A stretch of DNA of 64,000 bases from Kudoa neothunni. Taxonomy: Eukaryota; Animalia; Cnidaria. Every line of letters starts with the position of its first letter. The first letter of the stretch is position 1. The notes below the pieces were generated by a model, which did no database searches, was not told where the DNA came from, and was given only the letters and a program-made list of their open reading frames with translations. This document shows positions 12,996-26,324 of this stretch, one piece after another. Made by a program: the position numbers and the translations under genes. Location: the NCBI GenBank assembly GCA_964304625.1, contig OZ199840.1, positions 6,914,136-6,978,135 on the forward strand, in the 5' to 3' direction.

Positions 12996-13825
12996 TTTTG
13001 TGTAGAGAATAGCCAATATTATTTGTATTCGTGCATGCGCAAAGCATCGATATTGCGAGTGGTCTTGTTATTGCGCGGTAAGTTGCATTCCCCAAAGAAC
13101 CTCCCTATATCAAGGCCTTACTGTAGTAAAACTGCTTTACCTCTTATAGGAACATAGGAAGTTAGGATTAGTTTTAGATTAAGCAAAAGTGTACTGAAAC
13201 TTCCCATTTTGAATTCTTTTTTAGATAATGTGTAATATCTTTTTTATTATTTCCGATTGTTCCAGTCATTCCTCATTTAAGAGTTTTGGGGAAATGGAAA
13301 AAGAAGTAAAGAAATTTTCACAAATGATATTTCTCCCATCTTCCATTAATGATGACAAGATCTAGAACAATATCGTCTCAACATTTTCTGACATTGCATT
13401 ATTATTTTTCTCCAAATGCACAGGAAGGTTATGAGTGTACTTGGTCTCAGGATTGGCAAGGAGAAAATACTTAATTCGGTATATTGCCAGCTTGGACGGT
13501 ATATATATATAGTGCAGAGGTAAATTTTCCCTAAAAGTAAATAGCTGCTCGAAAATGGTCGAACTCTCCTGGGATAATAAAGTTCGGAGCGACAATCAAT
13601 TTAACCCTTAAAAATATCACAAATGGGGAAGAACTTATCCATGATTCTTCAAATTTTTCTGGTTTTGAATTCTTCATAATGAATGACCCTCGACATTTGA
13701 TTAAACCTATTTATGGCATAATCTTTCGAAAAATATCCCTTCGCTTTTCAACACTCCGAAGCAATTCGAATCATTATAATTAAGATTTAAAAATAGGAAT
13801 ACAATTATGGATTCCCAAATTAGCT

Positions 13826-13903
13826 TGTAGCGCGAGAGAAACACCAGTCTCAATTCTACAATAATCCGCCGTGCGTACCCATCGCTGACGTGGCTTCGCC
13901 ACA
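13826..13903 (-). repeat. 3' LTR of element B (78 bp)
   Basis: Identical to 21847-21924. Confidence 0.97.
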
Positions 13904-13923
13904 TATGCCCCCCTTTTATTTTG

Positions 13924-16900
13924 TTATATATAATAATCATTTAGCCACTTGGGTGCTTTAGAAATGCGGCAGCTGCGCTTCTTAACTCTTGCGTCTGGGT
14001 CCATATACGGAAGGGTATTGTTCTGATGTGTTTTCCTTACATTTCCATTATCATCATAGGTCATAGTGGTACCATTTTTGGACAGTACTTTGAAGGGGCC
14101 TAAGAAACGTTTTGACAAGGCGCTTTTACCTGACTGACTTTTAGTTAAAATTAGATTTGGCGTTTTCCCTTTTGCGATTGTTTTTCCTATCATAACCACT
14201 TTTTTGTTTGCGTTGCGCTTTTCGAATATTGGAATGCGTCATTCTCATCATTTTCCTCATTGAATTTTGTAGTTCTATGGCATAGGTTTCATACTTTTGG
14301 CTGTATTTATTCTCTAGAGGTTGGAGAAAGGTATCCGTGATTGAGCTTAGGTTTCTCCCGTACGTGAGCATGGCTGGAGTGTAAGCAGTACTGGCGCTAA
14401 CGGTATTACGAAGTGTAAACAAGCATAATGGAAGAGCATCGTCCCATTGAAGAGATTTGGAATTGCACATTATTCTTATTTTTTCTTTGAGGCTTTTCAC
14501 GTATCTCTCAGCCAATCCATTCCCTTCTGGGTGATATGGGGTGGAACTAGTATGAGAAATACCTAATCTTCTGCAGGTCGCGTTAAACAACTCAGATTCG
14601 AATTGGGTGCCACAATCCGTATGAATTGACTTGGGTATACCGTGGCGTGTCACAACCAAATTCAACAACTCTTTTGTAGTGGAGAGGGCGGACATATTGG
14701 GTAAAGCAGCAGCTTCCAGCCATTTTGTGAATCTATCAACAAAAATAAGTATGTATTTATTACCTGAGCTAGATTCAGGGAAGGGTCCAATGAAATCTGC
14801 ATGCCAATCGGTAGCAGGACCGTTGCATCTTATCGGCGTCAGTGGTTGCTTTTTCTCATTCATCCCATATTTGTTTTGCTTACAGATTAAGCAGTTACCA
14901 ACAAACGCCTTAACATCATCGGTGAGTGTTAACCAAAAAAAATTCCGTCTGATCCTTTCTTCTGTGTTCCGCTGACCACCATGGATAGTGTCTTCCTCAT
15001 GAATTTTCCTAATGATCGGAATTTGAAGTTCCTTTGGCAATACCAGTAGCTTTCCACGTCGAGAATTGTGATATAACACGTCATTTTCCACCTCTAATTT
15101 CGCAATACGGTGATACAATTTATTGGGTTTATTCACTTTTTGATTGGCGTTGCCGTCTTTCCTGAGGAAAGATTTGATTTCCAGCACATCCGAATCCCGA
15201 TTCTGAGCTTCCACAAAGTGTTCGTTTGAAGTTAATAATGAAACGGAGTTCACGCTCCTGGAAATGGCATCCGCAATCACATTATCGTCTCCTGGTAAGT
15301 ATTTTATGTCGTAATCGAATTCTTCTAATTCTAGAAGCCAGCGGCTTCGTCTTCCACGAGTGTCTTTAATTTTCAAGATGTTTGCTAAGGGGTTGTGATC
15401 CGTCCAAAAATGTAAACTTTTTACCAAGAAGGTAATGTCTGAACTTTCGAACTGCTACCAACATCGCCATGAGTTCTTTGTCAGTAGTGCAGTAGTTCCT
15501 CTGTGCATTATTAAATTTTTTACTTGTGTAGGCTATGACATTTTTCTTATTTCCATGATTTTGATATAATACAGCACCAATTCCAGCATTAGACGCGTCA
15601 CATTCCACAACAAATGGTAGTTTGGGATTTGGGAACGATAGTGTTTGTGTATTTCTTATCTCTTGTTTTAATTTAGTAAAGCTATGCTGGGCGTCTGCAG
15701 TCCATTGAAACCTATCATTTTGGTTCGATAGCTTGAAGAGTGGTGAGGCGATGGCTGCCATATCTTTGGTAAATTTATGTAGGAAGTTGCATGTGCCTAG
15801 AAACATTCTTAATTCCTTTGCTGAAGTGGGAGATTTCCAATCCATTATCGTTTTGACTTTTTCGGGATCTGGTGAAATACCATCGGGTGACACGATAAAT
15901 CCAAGGAATTTAATTTCCTTGCTACCAAACACACATTTTTCTTTGTTCATTTTCAAGTTGTTTTCACGTAGTATGGTGAATACCTGTTTGAGGTGATTTA
16001 GGTGTTCTTCGCGTGACGTGGAATATACGATTATATCGTCGAGATATACTAATACAAAAGGTAATTCTCCTAAGAGAGCATCCATCATCCTTTGGAAGGT
16101 TGCGGGTGCGTTCACCAAACCAAACGGCATTTTGTTGTATTCATATAGCCCAAAGCCAGGACCCAACGTGAACGCAGTTTTCTTCTTGTCTTCTCCTGCC
16201 AATGGGATTTGCCAGTAACCTGATTGTAAATCAATCGATGAAAAGTATTTTGCGCCATTCAGGTTGTCTAGGCATTCCTCAATTAGCGGCAGAGGATATT
16301 CGTCCTTTATTGTCAGTTCGTTTACCCGACGTAGATCAATACAAAATCTATACGAACCATTTTTCTTTTTTGTGAATACCACTGGAGACCTCCAAGGGCT
16401 CATCGACGGTCTTATCACACCTGCTTGTAATTGCTCGTTCAATAATTTCCGCACTTCCGTTTGTAAGTGTAACGGAACTCTGTATGCTCTTGACACGACA
16501 GGTGTAGAGTCTTTCAATTGGATCTTATGCACAAACCCTTTCGCTTCGCCCAGTTCAAGGTTAGAGTTTGCGAAAGTGTCGCAAAATTCGTCCAATAGTT
16601 GATCGATGGAAACAATTTTATCCACAGTTTCAATTATGTTAACGTGTCCACTCATTGGCGACAACTTAAAGTGTTTGGACAATGTTTCGCGACCAATGAT
16701 TGCATTATGGGCGAGGCTTTTTGTCACATTAGCCCAAACTTTTACTTCGCGGCCACCCACGTTGATGTACATTTCAGTTATTCCGGTAGTTTCGAGATTG
16801 GAGCCATTGGCAGTAGTGAACTTCTTTTGCCCAAATACCACATTTTCATGCCTTACCAGATTTTGATTTACAAAGTTACAGCAAGCGCCCGTGTCGATCA

Positions 16901-17060
16901 ATGCCTCAAATGTGATGAAATTACCAGGAATGCGCGCTTTTGTAAAAAAAACAAGAATAATGATCTCGACTCTCACTCCCAACACTATGAATTTTTTTAA
17001 ATTTGTAACAGATTCTCTGAAGGTGTCCTCGCTGACCACATTTATTGCAGATAGCGGTTC
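13924..17060 (-). pseudogene. Element B: second gag knuckle plus pol (PR, RT, RNase H, IN), frameshifted
   Basis: CNKCGQRGHLQRIC, LIDTGA, MPFGLVNAPATFQ, YLDD, CDAS, TDHNPL, HTDCGTQF, GLAER. Confidence 0.94.
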
Positions 17061-17065
17061 CTCTA

Positions 17066-20000
17066 TGTAAATAGTTGCAAATTCACGCTAAGAAAAGAGG
17101 CACGCGTTTTCAAAATACGATAACTAGCAGAATATAATATATAATCCCTCAAAGTGAGCGGTAAATTAATTATGTTTATTGCTTAATCTCTAGGGATATA
17201 ACATCTTCCCCTCTGCTGAGAAATTGATTCCTGGTACTTTTTTGGAACAATTTTCTTTCTTGTAGGTCTTCGATTCTCTTGATGACCTGTAGTCAATGAG
17301 GTAGGACTTAACGAATTTGGTGATGAATTGGGAGTATGGAAAGAATCTTCAGCTGATGGTCTGATTTCGGGGCTTAGCTCTAGATTGTGTGTTGTACATT
17401 TTTTCCATGGTATTATATCATCAATATGAACAGTCTTATGTTTATCATTAATTTGAACAGTGTATGTAACACTACCAAGTCGTCTCACTATACTAGCACT
17501 TTCAAATGTATTTGTTAAATGATTCTTTACGTTCACGATTTCTCCATCAGCAAATGACCTGAAATTATTAAAGGACTTTGGAACAATATCTTTTTCAGTT
17601 GGGGCTAGACACGAAAATATGAACCTTGGTGGACGTTTTAAAAATCTTTTAGCTGGTGTCTCATTTGTGATGGAATGAGGAGTATTTCGATACCAAAATA
17701 GAAACTTGGTTATGTCGGTTGCAGAAATTGTTTCCTTTTTCTTCAAAAATTGTTTTAACGTTTGTACATATCTCTCCGCCATGCCATTCGATTGCGGATG
17801 ATAGGGTGGAATCGTCTTATGCTTAATTTGGTAACATTTGCAAAAGTCACGAAATGTGTGACTAATGAATTGGGGACCGTTATCACTTACTATTAGTTTA
17901 GGCAAACCAAACCTACTGAAGAAATCATTCAATCTTAGAATTGTGGTATTGGTGGTCATATCGTTCACCTTGTAAACTTCAAGCCATCGCGAATAAGCAT
18001 CTACGATTATCAGAAAGTAGCATGATTTGAATTCCGCATAATCTATATGTATTCTATCCATCGGAGAAAGAGCTAGTTCCCACGATAAAAACGAGGTTTT
18101 TGGTGGTGATTTCGAATATTTCCTGCAATTCTCACAGGCATCACACATGCTTTGAATGTCATTGTCCATTTCAGGCCACCACATATATGTTCTACACAAT
18201 GATTTCAACTTTTGTGAACCGAGATGACTCCAATGTAACTCATCCAAGATATATTTTCTTAGTTTTATTGGGATTACCACTTTGCTTCCACATATTATAC
18301 TACCATTTGAAATTGTTAATTCATCTTTTCGTTTGAAGTATGGCATCAATTTTGGATCCGTTTGAGTGTTTGACCAACCATTGATAATAGAATTTTTTAC
18401 TAGCCTTAAAATATTATCACTATCAGTTTCGGCTTGGACCGTTTCAGCAGATATGGGCAGGGAAGTCAAATAGGAGATTTGGAAACAATCAGATTCAATT
18501 TTGAATTCGGGATTATTAGCCAATGGAAGTCTAGAGAGTGCATCAGCGTTGGCATTGTTTTTTCCAGAGCGAAAGGTCAGTTGGTAGTCATAATTTGATA
18601 AAAATATACTCCATCTTTGAAGTCTAGATGTAGAACTGGAAGGAATTCCCGTATTTCGTTTAAGCAATATCGATACTGGATTATTGTCAGTAAGTATAGT
18701 GAATTTCCGTCCATACACATAACGATGACGATGAAATTTCTTCACTGCGAATACAACAGAAAGAGCTTCTTTTTCAAGTTGGCTGTAATTTTTTTCAGCA
18801 TTATTCAAGGATTTCGAAGCAAACATTATGGGTTTCTCAGAGCCATCTTTTAGAGTATGAGAGAGGACGGCGCCAACGCCGTATCCTGACGCATCGCAAC
18901 TGATGCAAATAGGTAAAGCTACATCATAATATGTCAAACATTTGCTAGAAAGTAGTGCCTTCTTGGTGTTAAGAAAACGCATTTTCGCATTGCAGCGTCC
19001 AAATAAATGTTGAATTTTTCTTAAGTAGTTGATTCAAGGGATACAACAGCGTAGACAAATTGCTAATAAATTTACTGTAGTAGTTTATCAATCCCAACCA
19101 TGATCTCAACTCGCCTACGTTAGCAGGTGATGGACATTCAGTAATGGCCTTAGTTTTATCAAGCATCGGTTTTATTCCTTCAGGAGTAATAAGATGTCCC
19201 AGGTAAGATACTTCAGAAACTCCAAATTCACATTTTGTTGCGTTAGCTTTGACGTTATGTTTTTCAAGTCCTCTTCAAAACTTCATGCAATTTCCTATCA
19301 TGTTCCTCTTTGGTTACACCAGAAACAATTATGTCATCGATATAGCAGACGACTCCTTCTATTCCAATCAGAATCTGATCCATTAACTTCTGAAATATTG
19401 CAGGGTGCAACATTTATACCATAATTTAGTCTGGTATACTGATAGAGGCCTTTATGGGGTATTAATAGTGAGGTATTTTCGATAATCCTCATGCACCTCC
19501 AGTTGTAAATACGCCAGAGAAAGGTCCAGTTTACTGAAGATAACGCCATTTTTCACGCAGTTGAAAAGATCTTCAGGTGTGGGGAGGGGATATATCTCCG
19601 CATTTAGCGCCAAATTGATACTAAGCTTGTAGTCTCCGCATATCCGTACCGAGCCATCCTTTTTTAGCACGTTGACTGTTGGTGATGCCCATTCAGCACT
19701 TTCTACTTTTTGAAGGATACCCAGTCTTCTCAAGCTTATCTAATTCATCAGATACTTTTTTCTCCAGAGCGTACGGTACTCTTCTAGCTCTTGAAAACAC
19801 AGGTGTTGCATTCGGATGAACACTTAAGGATGTTTTGAATCCCTTATTGGTTTAGTTGTAGTATTTTTAAAGACTGCGGGATATGTATCAACGTAATTGT
19901 TGGGTTTGACTAGGAAACATTTATGTATATCAATGCCAAATATGGAGATAACATCCCTTCCAAGTAATGCGTTGTTGGGTGTATCAACTACAATAACATT

Positions 20001-21174
20001 GACATTTGCAGTTTTATTCTTAAACCTCATTAGGAAGGTAGTAGTCCCAACAGTTCGAAGTCTATTTCCATTGTAATCTGTTAAGATTATGTTCGACTTC
20101 GACAGCGTATTGGATTGGAAATGGCGTTCGTAGACATTTAATGGAAGGATCGTTTTAACCAGATCCCGTGTCTAATTCAAATTTGACAGGGATATTATCA
20201 AGGTATACCAGTAACACAATAGGTGGAGAATGAGCATTCGATTGTATATTAAGAACCATCTCATCAGGATTTTCGTTATCAGAATAGTCCTCTCGCGTCG
20301 TTGGATTATCATGTGAAGGATTGCTCAGGTGATTCACATTCTTTCTTTTTGGGCTGAATTTCTTTTTCATACATGCAGCAGATATATGTCCTTTCTTATG
20401 ACAGAAATCGCAGACGGAGTTTCGATATCTGCATTCGGACCGGAGATGTCCAGACTTTCCACATGTGTAGCATTTTTGAATTGTGATCTTGTTTACTGGT
20501 GGTGTGATCGTATTTGTCAGTTTCGCCGCGTTTACAGCTGCCTCTTTTTGTGCAATGTAGGTTAAGGCCTTTTCCCATGTAAGGCCTGTAATATTTAAGA
20601 GTTCCATTCTAGTGGATTCGCAAAGTATGCCACTGACGAACCTATCTCTTAGGTTCTCTTCAAGGGTGTCTTTGTAGCCACATTGCACGCTAAGCTTTTT
20701 CAGGGCTAGTGCATACTCGCTAGCGCTTTCGTGCTCATGCTGTAGCCGTTTGTAAAACATGCACCGTAGGGCTATTTGATTCACAGTAGATGAATAGCAT
20801 CCTTTTAAGGCGAGTACCACATCTTCAAGTGGTATATCAATAAGGTTTTTTGGAAAGACCTTAGCCTTTATATCTTTGAATACATCAACGCTTACACTAC
20901 TTAGGATGATAGATTTCTGGTCTTCATCATCAAGAATCTTGTGTGCTCGGAAAGTGTGATGTAACTGTTCGAGCCAGCAGTTAATATCATCTGAACTGTT
21001 AAATGTTCGGATTTTCTTATCCATCGTCGCCCAAATGTAAATAGTTGCAAATTCACGCTAAGAAAAGAGGCACGCCGTTTTCAAAATACGATAACTAGCA
21101 GAATATAATATATAATCCCTCAAAGTGAGCGGTAAATTAATTATGTTTATTGCTTAATCTCTAGGGATATAACA
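17066..21174 (-). mobile_element. Gypsy LTR retrotransposon C (Mag-like), nested in the gag of B
   Basis: LTRs 21036-21174 and 17066-17203 (one 1-nt indel); TSD CTCTA (17061-17065, 21175-21179); PBS TGG(G)CGACGATGG; PPT AGAGGGGAAGA. Confidence 0.97.
17183..21024 (-). pseudogene. Gag-Pol of element C (several frameshifts)
   Basis: LRDRFVSG, two CCHC knuckles, LDTG, RICGDYK, CDASGYG, SDNGPQF, HPQSNGMAER; the stop codon falls inside the 3' LTR. Confidence 0.93.
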
Positions 21175-21846
21175 CTCTACATGTCGTCGCAGTGTGTTTT
21201 GTGCCTCCACATTTGGTGCAACCCGTATTTTGTGTAGTTAGATAGGCTTTTTGTATTGTTCACAGTTGTTCTTGCCGAGATAGATGCTAACTCATCAGCA
21301 TGGCGGTCTGTAATATCTAGTGGTTGGGTATTGTTCAAGAATGATTGGGTTTTTTCAATTAGTTGGAAAATATCAGAGCTATCCACCAGTTTAAGATATG
21401 CTCGGGTCTGTTTAGGAACGCATTCATATATTTTCGGTTTTATGAAAAATTCGGCATCATCAACCGTGGCATTTGGTCTCGCGGCTCTGAACAAGTGGAG
21501 GATTCGTTGATAGAAATCTAGCACACTTTCATTTAGTTTAATGGAAGCACGGCTGAATTCATCAAAGTAGGCTTCTTTCGATTTTAATCTGCTAGCGTAG
21601 GATTTGACGTTATTGTTCAATATCAACAGCATTTGGCTGTAGTCCGTAATGGGTAATGTCGACTCCAGTAGGTGGTTTTAGTGTTTCTCTTGAGTGACGT
21701 GGCAACGCGAGTAATGTTGCGGCATAAAGTTGTCTCTCATTCCAACCTTTGGAAATTGCATAGAGTTGTAATTCCTCCAATTGTTGGTCAATGTTCCCAT
21801 CAAAGTTTATTTTTAGAGGTACTTCGTTGTTTACCTCTGACACCAT
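21175..21846 (-). pseudogene. Element B gag, 5' part
   Basis: ATG at 21846 directly after the LTR. CTKCGGTKHTATTC knuckle joins in frame to RGTAICNKC once element C and one TSD copy are removed. Confidence 0.85.
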
Positions 21847-21924
21847 TGTAGCGCGAGAGAAACACCAGTCTCAATTCTACAATAATCCGCCGTGCGTACC
21901 CATCGCTGACGTGGCTTCGCCACA
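21847..21924 (-). repeat. 5' LTR of element B (78 bp)
   Basis: Identical to 13826-13903; followed by the PBS. Confidence 0.97.
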
Positions 21925-22435
21925 TAGCTAATAAATCTTGTTTTGAAAAGTCTTTTAAAATTGGTAAACGTGTTAATGTTTGAAATAACAGTTGAGAAAA
22001 TAGATTAACCATAAAATATGAGGAATGATCAGCTAAGAAGGCCATTCTGCTTGAAACATAAGAAATTGAACCTGGATAATTTGCCAAATAATTCGTTTAA
22101 AGTTTTAATTATTTGAAGCTTCTCAGAAAACCAATTAACATCATCCTTATCTTCGTAAATGTTTCGATAACGTTTATTATCTTCAGAAACATTAGAATGA
22201 CATAAATATAAATTATCAAAAGATATCGTAAAATTCATTGATATCGGATTCAAATTCATCCAAAATATTACGCTCAGAATAATTTATGGCAGCGTTTTAC
22301 TCCTCGGTAATGATCGGTATTTAACGTGTGTATAGTTTTTTTCAATTTTTCTCTGTTTTCTCTGGACAAACTTTTATCTAATTCTCAAAATTGTTGTAAA
22401 TTATTTTTCCTTGTTGTATGATAGAAAAAAACGTC

Positions 22436-23340
22436 GGGTCCATTAGACCCAAAAAGAAGGGATGTGTAAGTATTTTGATTATTTCGTTACCTGAAGGCAC
22501 AAATTAAAATTTTCTGTTATATTTTAATAGAACTCATATTTTTAAGAGAATAGATATGATCTTAAATCAAACGATATAATATAGGTTCTCTAAAATTGAT
22601 TCAAACATCCATTGGGATCAAATGGACCCCAAAGACGCTCGGAAGGTTAAGCAGCATCTTACTAAAAGATCCCCTTTAGCAGTAGCAAAATTGAATGGAT
22701 TAGTTCGTTTCCTGATTTTCTCACAAAAATCCCGTTCAAGCCCAAACTTCGAAGTGCAAGTATCGCTAGATTTAGACTTTCCACCAAAATCATAATCGGA
22801 ATCCAAATCACATGAGGATTCCAGTATATCATCGCACCCGACGCTGAGCCTTGGAACTCCATATTACTATCCACCAGTTCACTCTCATCAATATCGATCG
22901 TTAAATTATTAAAATATTGCTTTAATTGCCATGATATAAATACTTCCTGTGTTACTATCGAGCAATACAATTTGATGTCAACACTGATCCTCTTGGGTCT
23001 CGCGAATACTTGGAGAAATTTAAAAACCACTAAAAATTTGAAAATATACTTCATACATAACATATTAATATTATATTTATAAATATTCACAAATATTCTT
23101 TAAAACTGACTCAATTGAAAGGATTCTTAACAAGTTGTATTTTGCATCCTACTAAAAAATGCATTTCCCAAAACCTTTGTGTGTTAAAAATTTTAGATAA
23201 TACTATAAATTAATTATAAATCTAATACGTAAAGATTATATGAACCTTTAAACGTTGTCACATTTTTATTTATAGAGAAAACCCAAAAATAACCTAAAAG
23301 GGGGTCCCGAGAGACTCAGCATCGTCCCGGAAGGGTTAGT
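22436..23340. mobile_element. piggyBac-type terminal fragments / degraded relic
   Basis: Subterminal palindromes GGGTCCATTAGACCC (22437) and GGGATCAAATGGACCCC (22614); ends GGAAGG|TTAA (22641-22650) and GGAAGGG|TTAG (about 23336); IDIDESE..MEFQG-like translation on the minus strand. Confidence 0.4.
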
Positions 23341-23419
23341 GACATCGATGGGAACCAATTTATTGATGCTTGTTTACTTGTTTGTTTCTCATTTTAAAAC
23401 TTTATTTCGCGCTTATAAA

Positions 23420-25758
23420 CCCGTCTGATCCCAAAATTTTTGTTTCTTTCGAAAAGAATTTATTATATAGAAGGGATTTTAAAAACCATAAATGTTAATT
23501 TTTAATTTAAAAGGAGTTTTCTAAGTTTCAATTTGTTACACTTTTTGTCTTATTCACTACAGTAAACAACGAGCTCCAAAGATAAAAAATACAAACTTTT
23601 TAAATGAGAAAAAAATTTTTTTATTAATAATTAATTAGTTTTTTACATGGAAATCATATAAACAGTCCCTTCCTACAACAATGCAACAAGTTGCCAAATA
23701 TTTTACACGCGCAAAGAGTGTGTTCCTTTTAAATAAACGGCACCTATTTTTTGATTCATTCATCGTAGGATAATAATCAACATTGTCAAATCTAATGGAA
23801 TCTGATAGTACATCAATTTTGGGCGTTTAGGGCAATAAAACACATCATAATCTTCACACACATCCAGACTTGGTCAACTTTGCTTCGGTATTACTACCCG
23901 TTTTTTTATAATAGATGAGTGATTCGCTTATGGGTTCTGTAAATGATAACAAGTCTTTCATTTCATTTTTGGGCGTCCTTTCTCATGAAAGAGTTTCTGC
24001 AATATAGTAGCCATGCATTAATAATGGCTGTATTTAAACCCCACATGAAAATTTTCATGCGAAATTTTCAAGATTTATGTTCCTATCTATACAATGTCAT
24101 CAGCATATCTTTAGAATCTATCAGATAGATCGAGGACCTCCCATATTTTTGTTGTATTCAGAAACAACATTAGAACACTCAATATTAACCATTCGTTTGA
24201 GGCGGTTATCAAAAATCCTTGTACTGAGACTGGGTCCCAAAGAAGATGTTGAGCACAATGTAACTATTGATCCATCACACCATTGAGATAACACAATACC
24301 TTGAAGAAGATCTTGCGCTCTTTCTTCCTCGAATATCTTTGCGGAAGTTAAGGGGAACTTTTTTATTTCATTTCTTCGAATTGTACCAACTGAGTAAATA
24401 TTTCAGTTTTTAAAAATATTTGTAGTGGGATGGAAGTAAAGTAGTTGTCGAAATAAAGGAAATATGTCTTTGAAGTTGGCGGAGTTTAGAATAGTTTAAC
24501 AACAAAGTCTCCTGAGATTAGACCACAGTTTGGCGCAACCGGAGATCTTTTGCCATCATATATGTGAAAATCATACACGATGCCATTAACACCGTATCTA
24601 GCGAAAACTTTGGAGCTCCACTTTGAACGTTTCTTTGAGAAGCATTGTCTTGCTTTACATTTTCCTTTAAAAAGAATCATTTCTTTGTCAGTTGAATTGC
24701 GTACTTCTGGGGTTATTTGTAAACATGCGATCATGAATTGGTCAAGATAAGGTCTACTTTTCGCGAAATAATCAAAAGTGGGTGAGTTTTTGTCTGTTTA
24801 AAGAGTTTTGTTATTACTAAAATGTAAAAATTTGAGGATTTGCTGGAAACGAATTCTGTAGAAAGTATTCGAAACAGGGGGATAATTCTGGGATTTACTC
24901 CAATAAACAGCGGTAACGAGGCATCCTAACGATACCCATTAAAGTATTAACACCGATGAACTTTTGAATTTCTTCAACATGTGTATCGAAAGTCGATCCA
25001 AATTGAGTGGAATAAATATTTGATTGCAATATTATTAGTTTCCATTAATTCAATGTCAAAGAAGAAATTAAGGTAGTCTATTGGCTCATGAAAACCGTAA
25101 AGTTCTTCAAAATTTTCAGCTGTGGTTACATTTTCTGGTCACTTAATACAAAGCCCTTCTTTAGTCCATTTGATGTTTGTTTCCTCTACCAAAGCAACTG
25201 ATCCATCCGACGAGCTAATAAAGGATTCCTCAAAATTCTCGGCTTTTGTTGGATCAAATTCATCATCAGAATACACATTAGGATCTGAAATATCGACATC
25301 TGGAAGAACTATAACTTTTGCTTGTATTTTTCCGCTGGTTAACCTTGTTCTGAAATCGTGATAAATTATAATCCGAAACTTTAATTCCATTGTCGCCCCT
25401 TGTTCACCGTGATGAACGCATGCTTTTAAAGCTGTGTACATTTTTTTACTTATTGAATCAATGTGAATATTTAAAAAAATAAACTAATCATAAGTATCTA
25501 TAATATAATTTTTTATTTATAAAATGAAACACTTTTATAAACTGAATAAGATTGCAATTTTTTAATCCGGATTTAGTAAAAAGTATCGTTCAATAAAATT
25601 TTGTTCTTTCTTTAATATGATACAAATTAAAAAAATTAGGAATTTTAATACTAAAATCTTTAGTTTCATTTACTTTTGGGTTTCTACATAAGTATATTCA
25701 GTACGTGGTAGCCAAAATAATGGGTTGTTCGCCAAAGTGAACAATGGGATCGAAAGGG
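23420..25758 (-). mobile_element. Degenerate piggyBac (PGBD-like) transposon
   Basis: Imperfect TIRs CCCGTCTGATCCCA / CCCTTTCGATCCCA with decayed TTAA sites. Remnants STDKEMILFKG..KW..KVF..YDFHIYDG, YFDNYFTS, YNKNMGG, and a Cys-rich C-terminus. Confidence 0.8.
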
Positions 25759-26324
25759 TCAACTCATTAATGTTTTCAATTTGAGAGAATTATATAATTC
25801 TTCATAATGATGGTATTTAATAAAAAGCTTATCCTGAGGCGCTAAAATAAGTATCAAAATAAAAACAAGGAGCTTGTATTAAAAATATCATATTTGATTG
25901 TGACTCGAAATAATTGCAGAATATAAAATTATTTAGCACTTTGTCAAATTTTGTATAGGCAAAATTAGTCTTGTAGCAGTTATGATAAATTTAAATGAAA
26001 AAATCTCTATATTATAAAGTTGAGTTTCTTTTGCTTTTTTTACCGAAATTGAATTTGGTTTTTATTGGAATAAAATTTTTGACTCTCAATATAATTTTTA
26101 CAATTCCAATAACGTAATCTTTTATTTGAGAAAGATGTAACTATTTTTTGAATGCTCCATCATGTATTTTTTAGCCACAAAGTGATTATAAAATAAATTT
26201 AATATTATTTTCCTTAGAGGATTTTTCTCAATTAATTGACTTTATAAATGTTTTCAAAGCTTTATTTTTATATTTATGTTATAACATTTTGATTTAATGA
26301 AATATTATGGTTATTATTGATGTA

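Larger units (their letters stand above)
4544..13014 (-). mobile_element. Merlin (IS1016/ISXO2-like) DNA transposon interrupted by a Gypsy element and a MULE
   Basis: Left TIR GGCCATTCTTTACAAAACGGGACTG (4544). Removing the MULE rebuilds the right TIR as CAGTCCCG-TTTTGTGTA-GAGAATAGCC (9686-9702 + 13005-13014). No matching 8-bp TSD. Confidence 0.85.
13826..21924 (-). mobile_element. Gypsy LTR retrotransposon B (about 4.0 kb without its insert), identical 78-bp LTRs
   Basis: LTRs 21847-21924 and 13826-13903 (TG..CA, identical); TSD TAGCT (13821-13825, 21925-21929); PBS TGGTGTCAGAG (tRNA-Leu type); PPT AAAAGGGGGG. Confidence 0.97.

Noticed and set aside
4131-13082. Outer piggyBac-like element enclosing the Merlin (TTAACCCC at 4131)
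   Set aside because: The candidate right end near 13070-13081 is too degenerate to support.
5688-21510. Plus-strand ORFs overlapping Gypsy elements A, B and C as antisense genes
   Set aside because: Short, no motifs, and expected opposite long pol frames.
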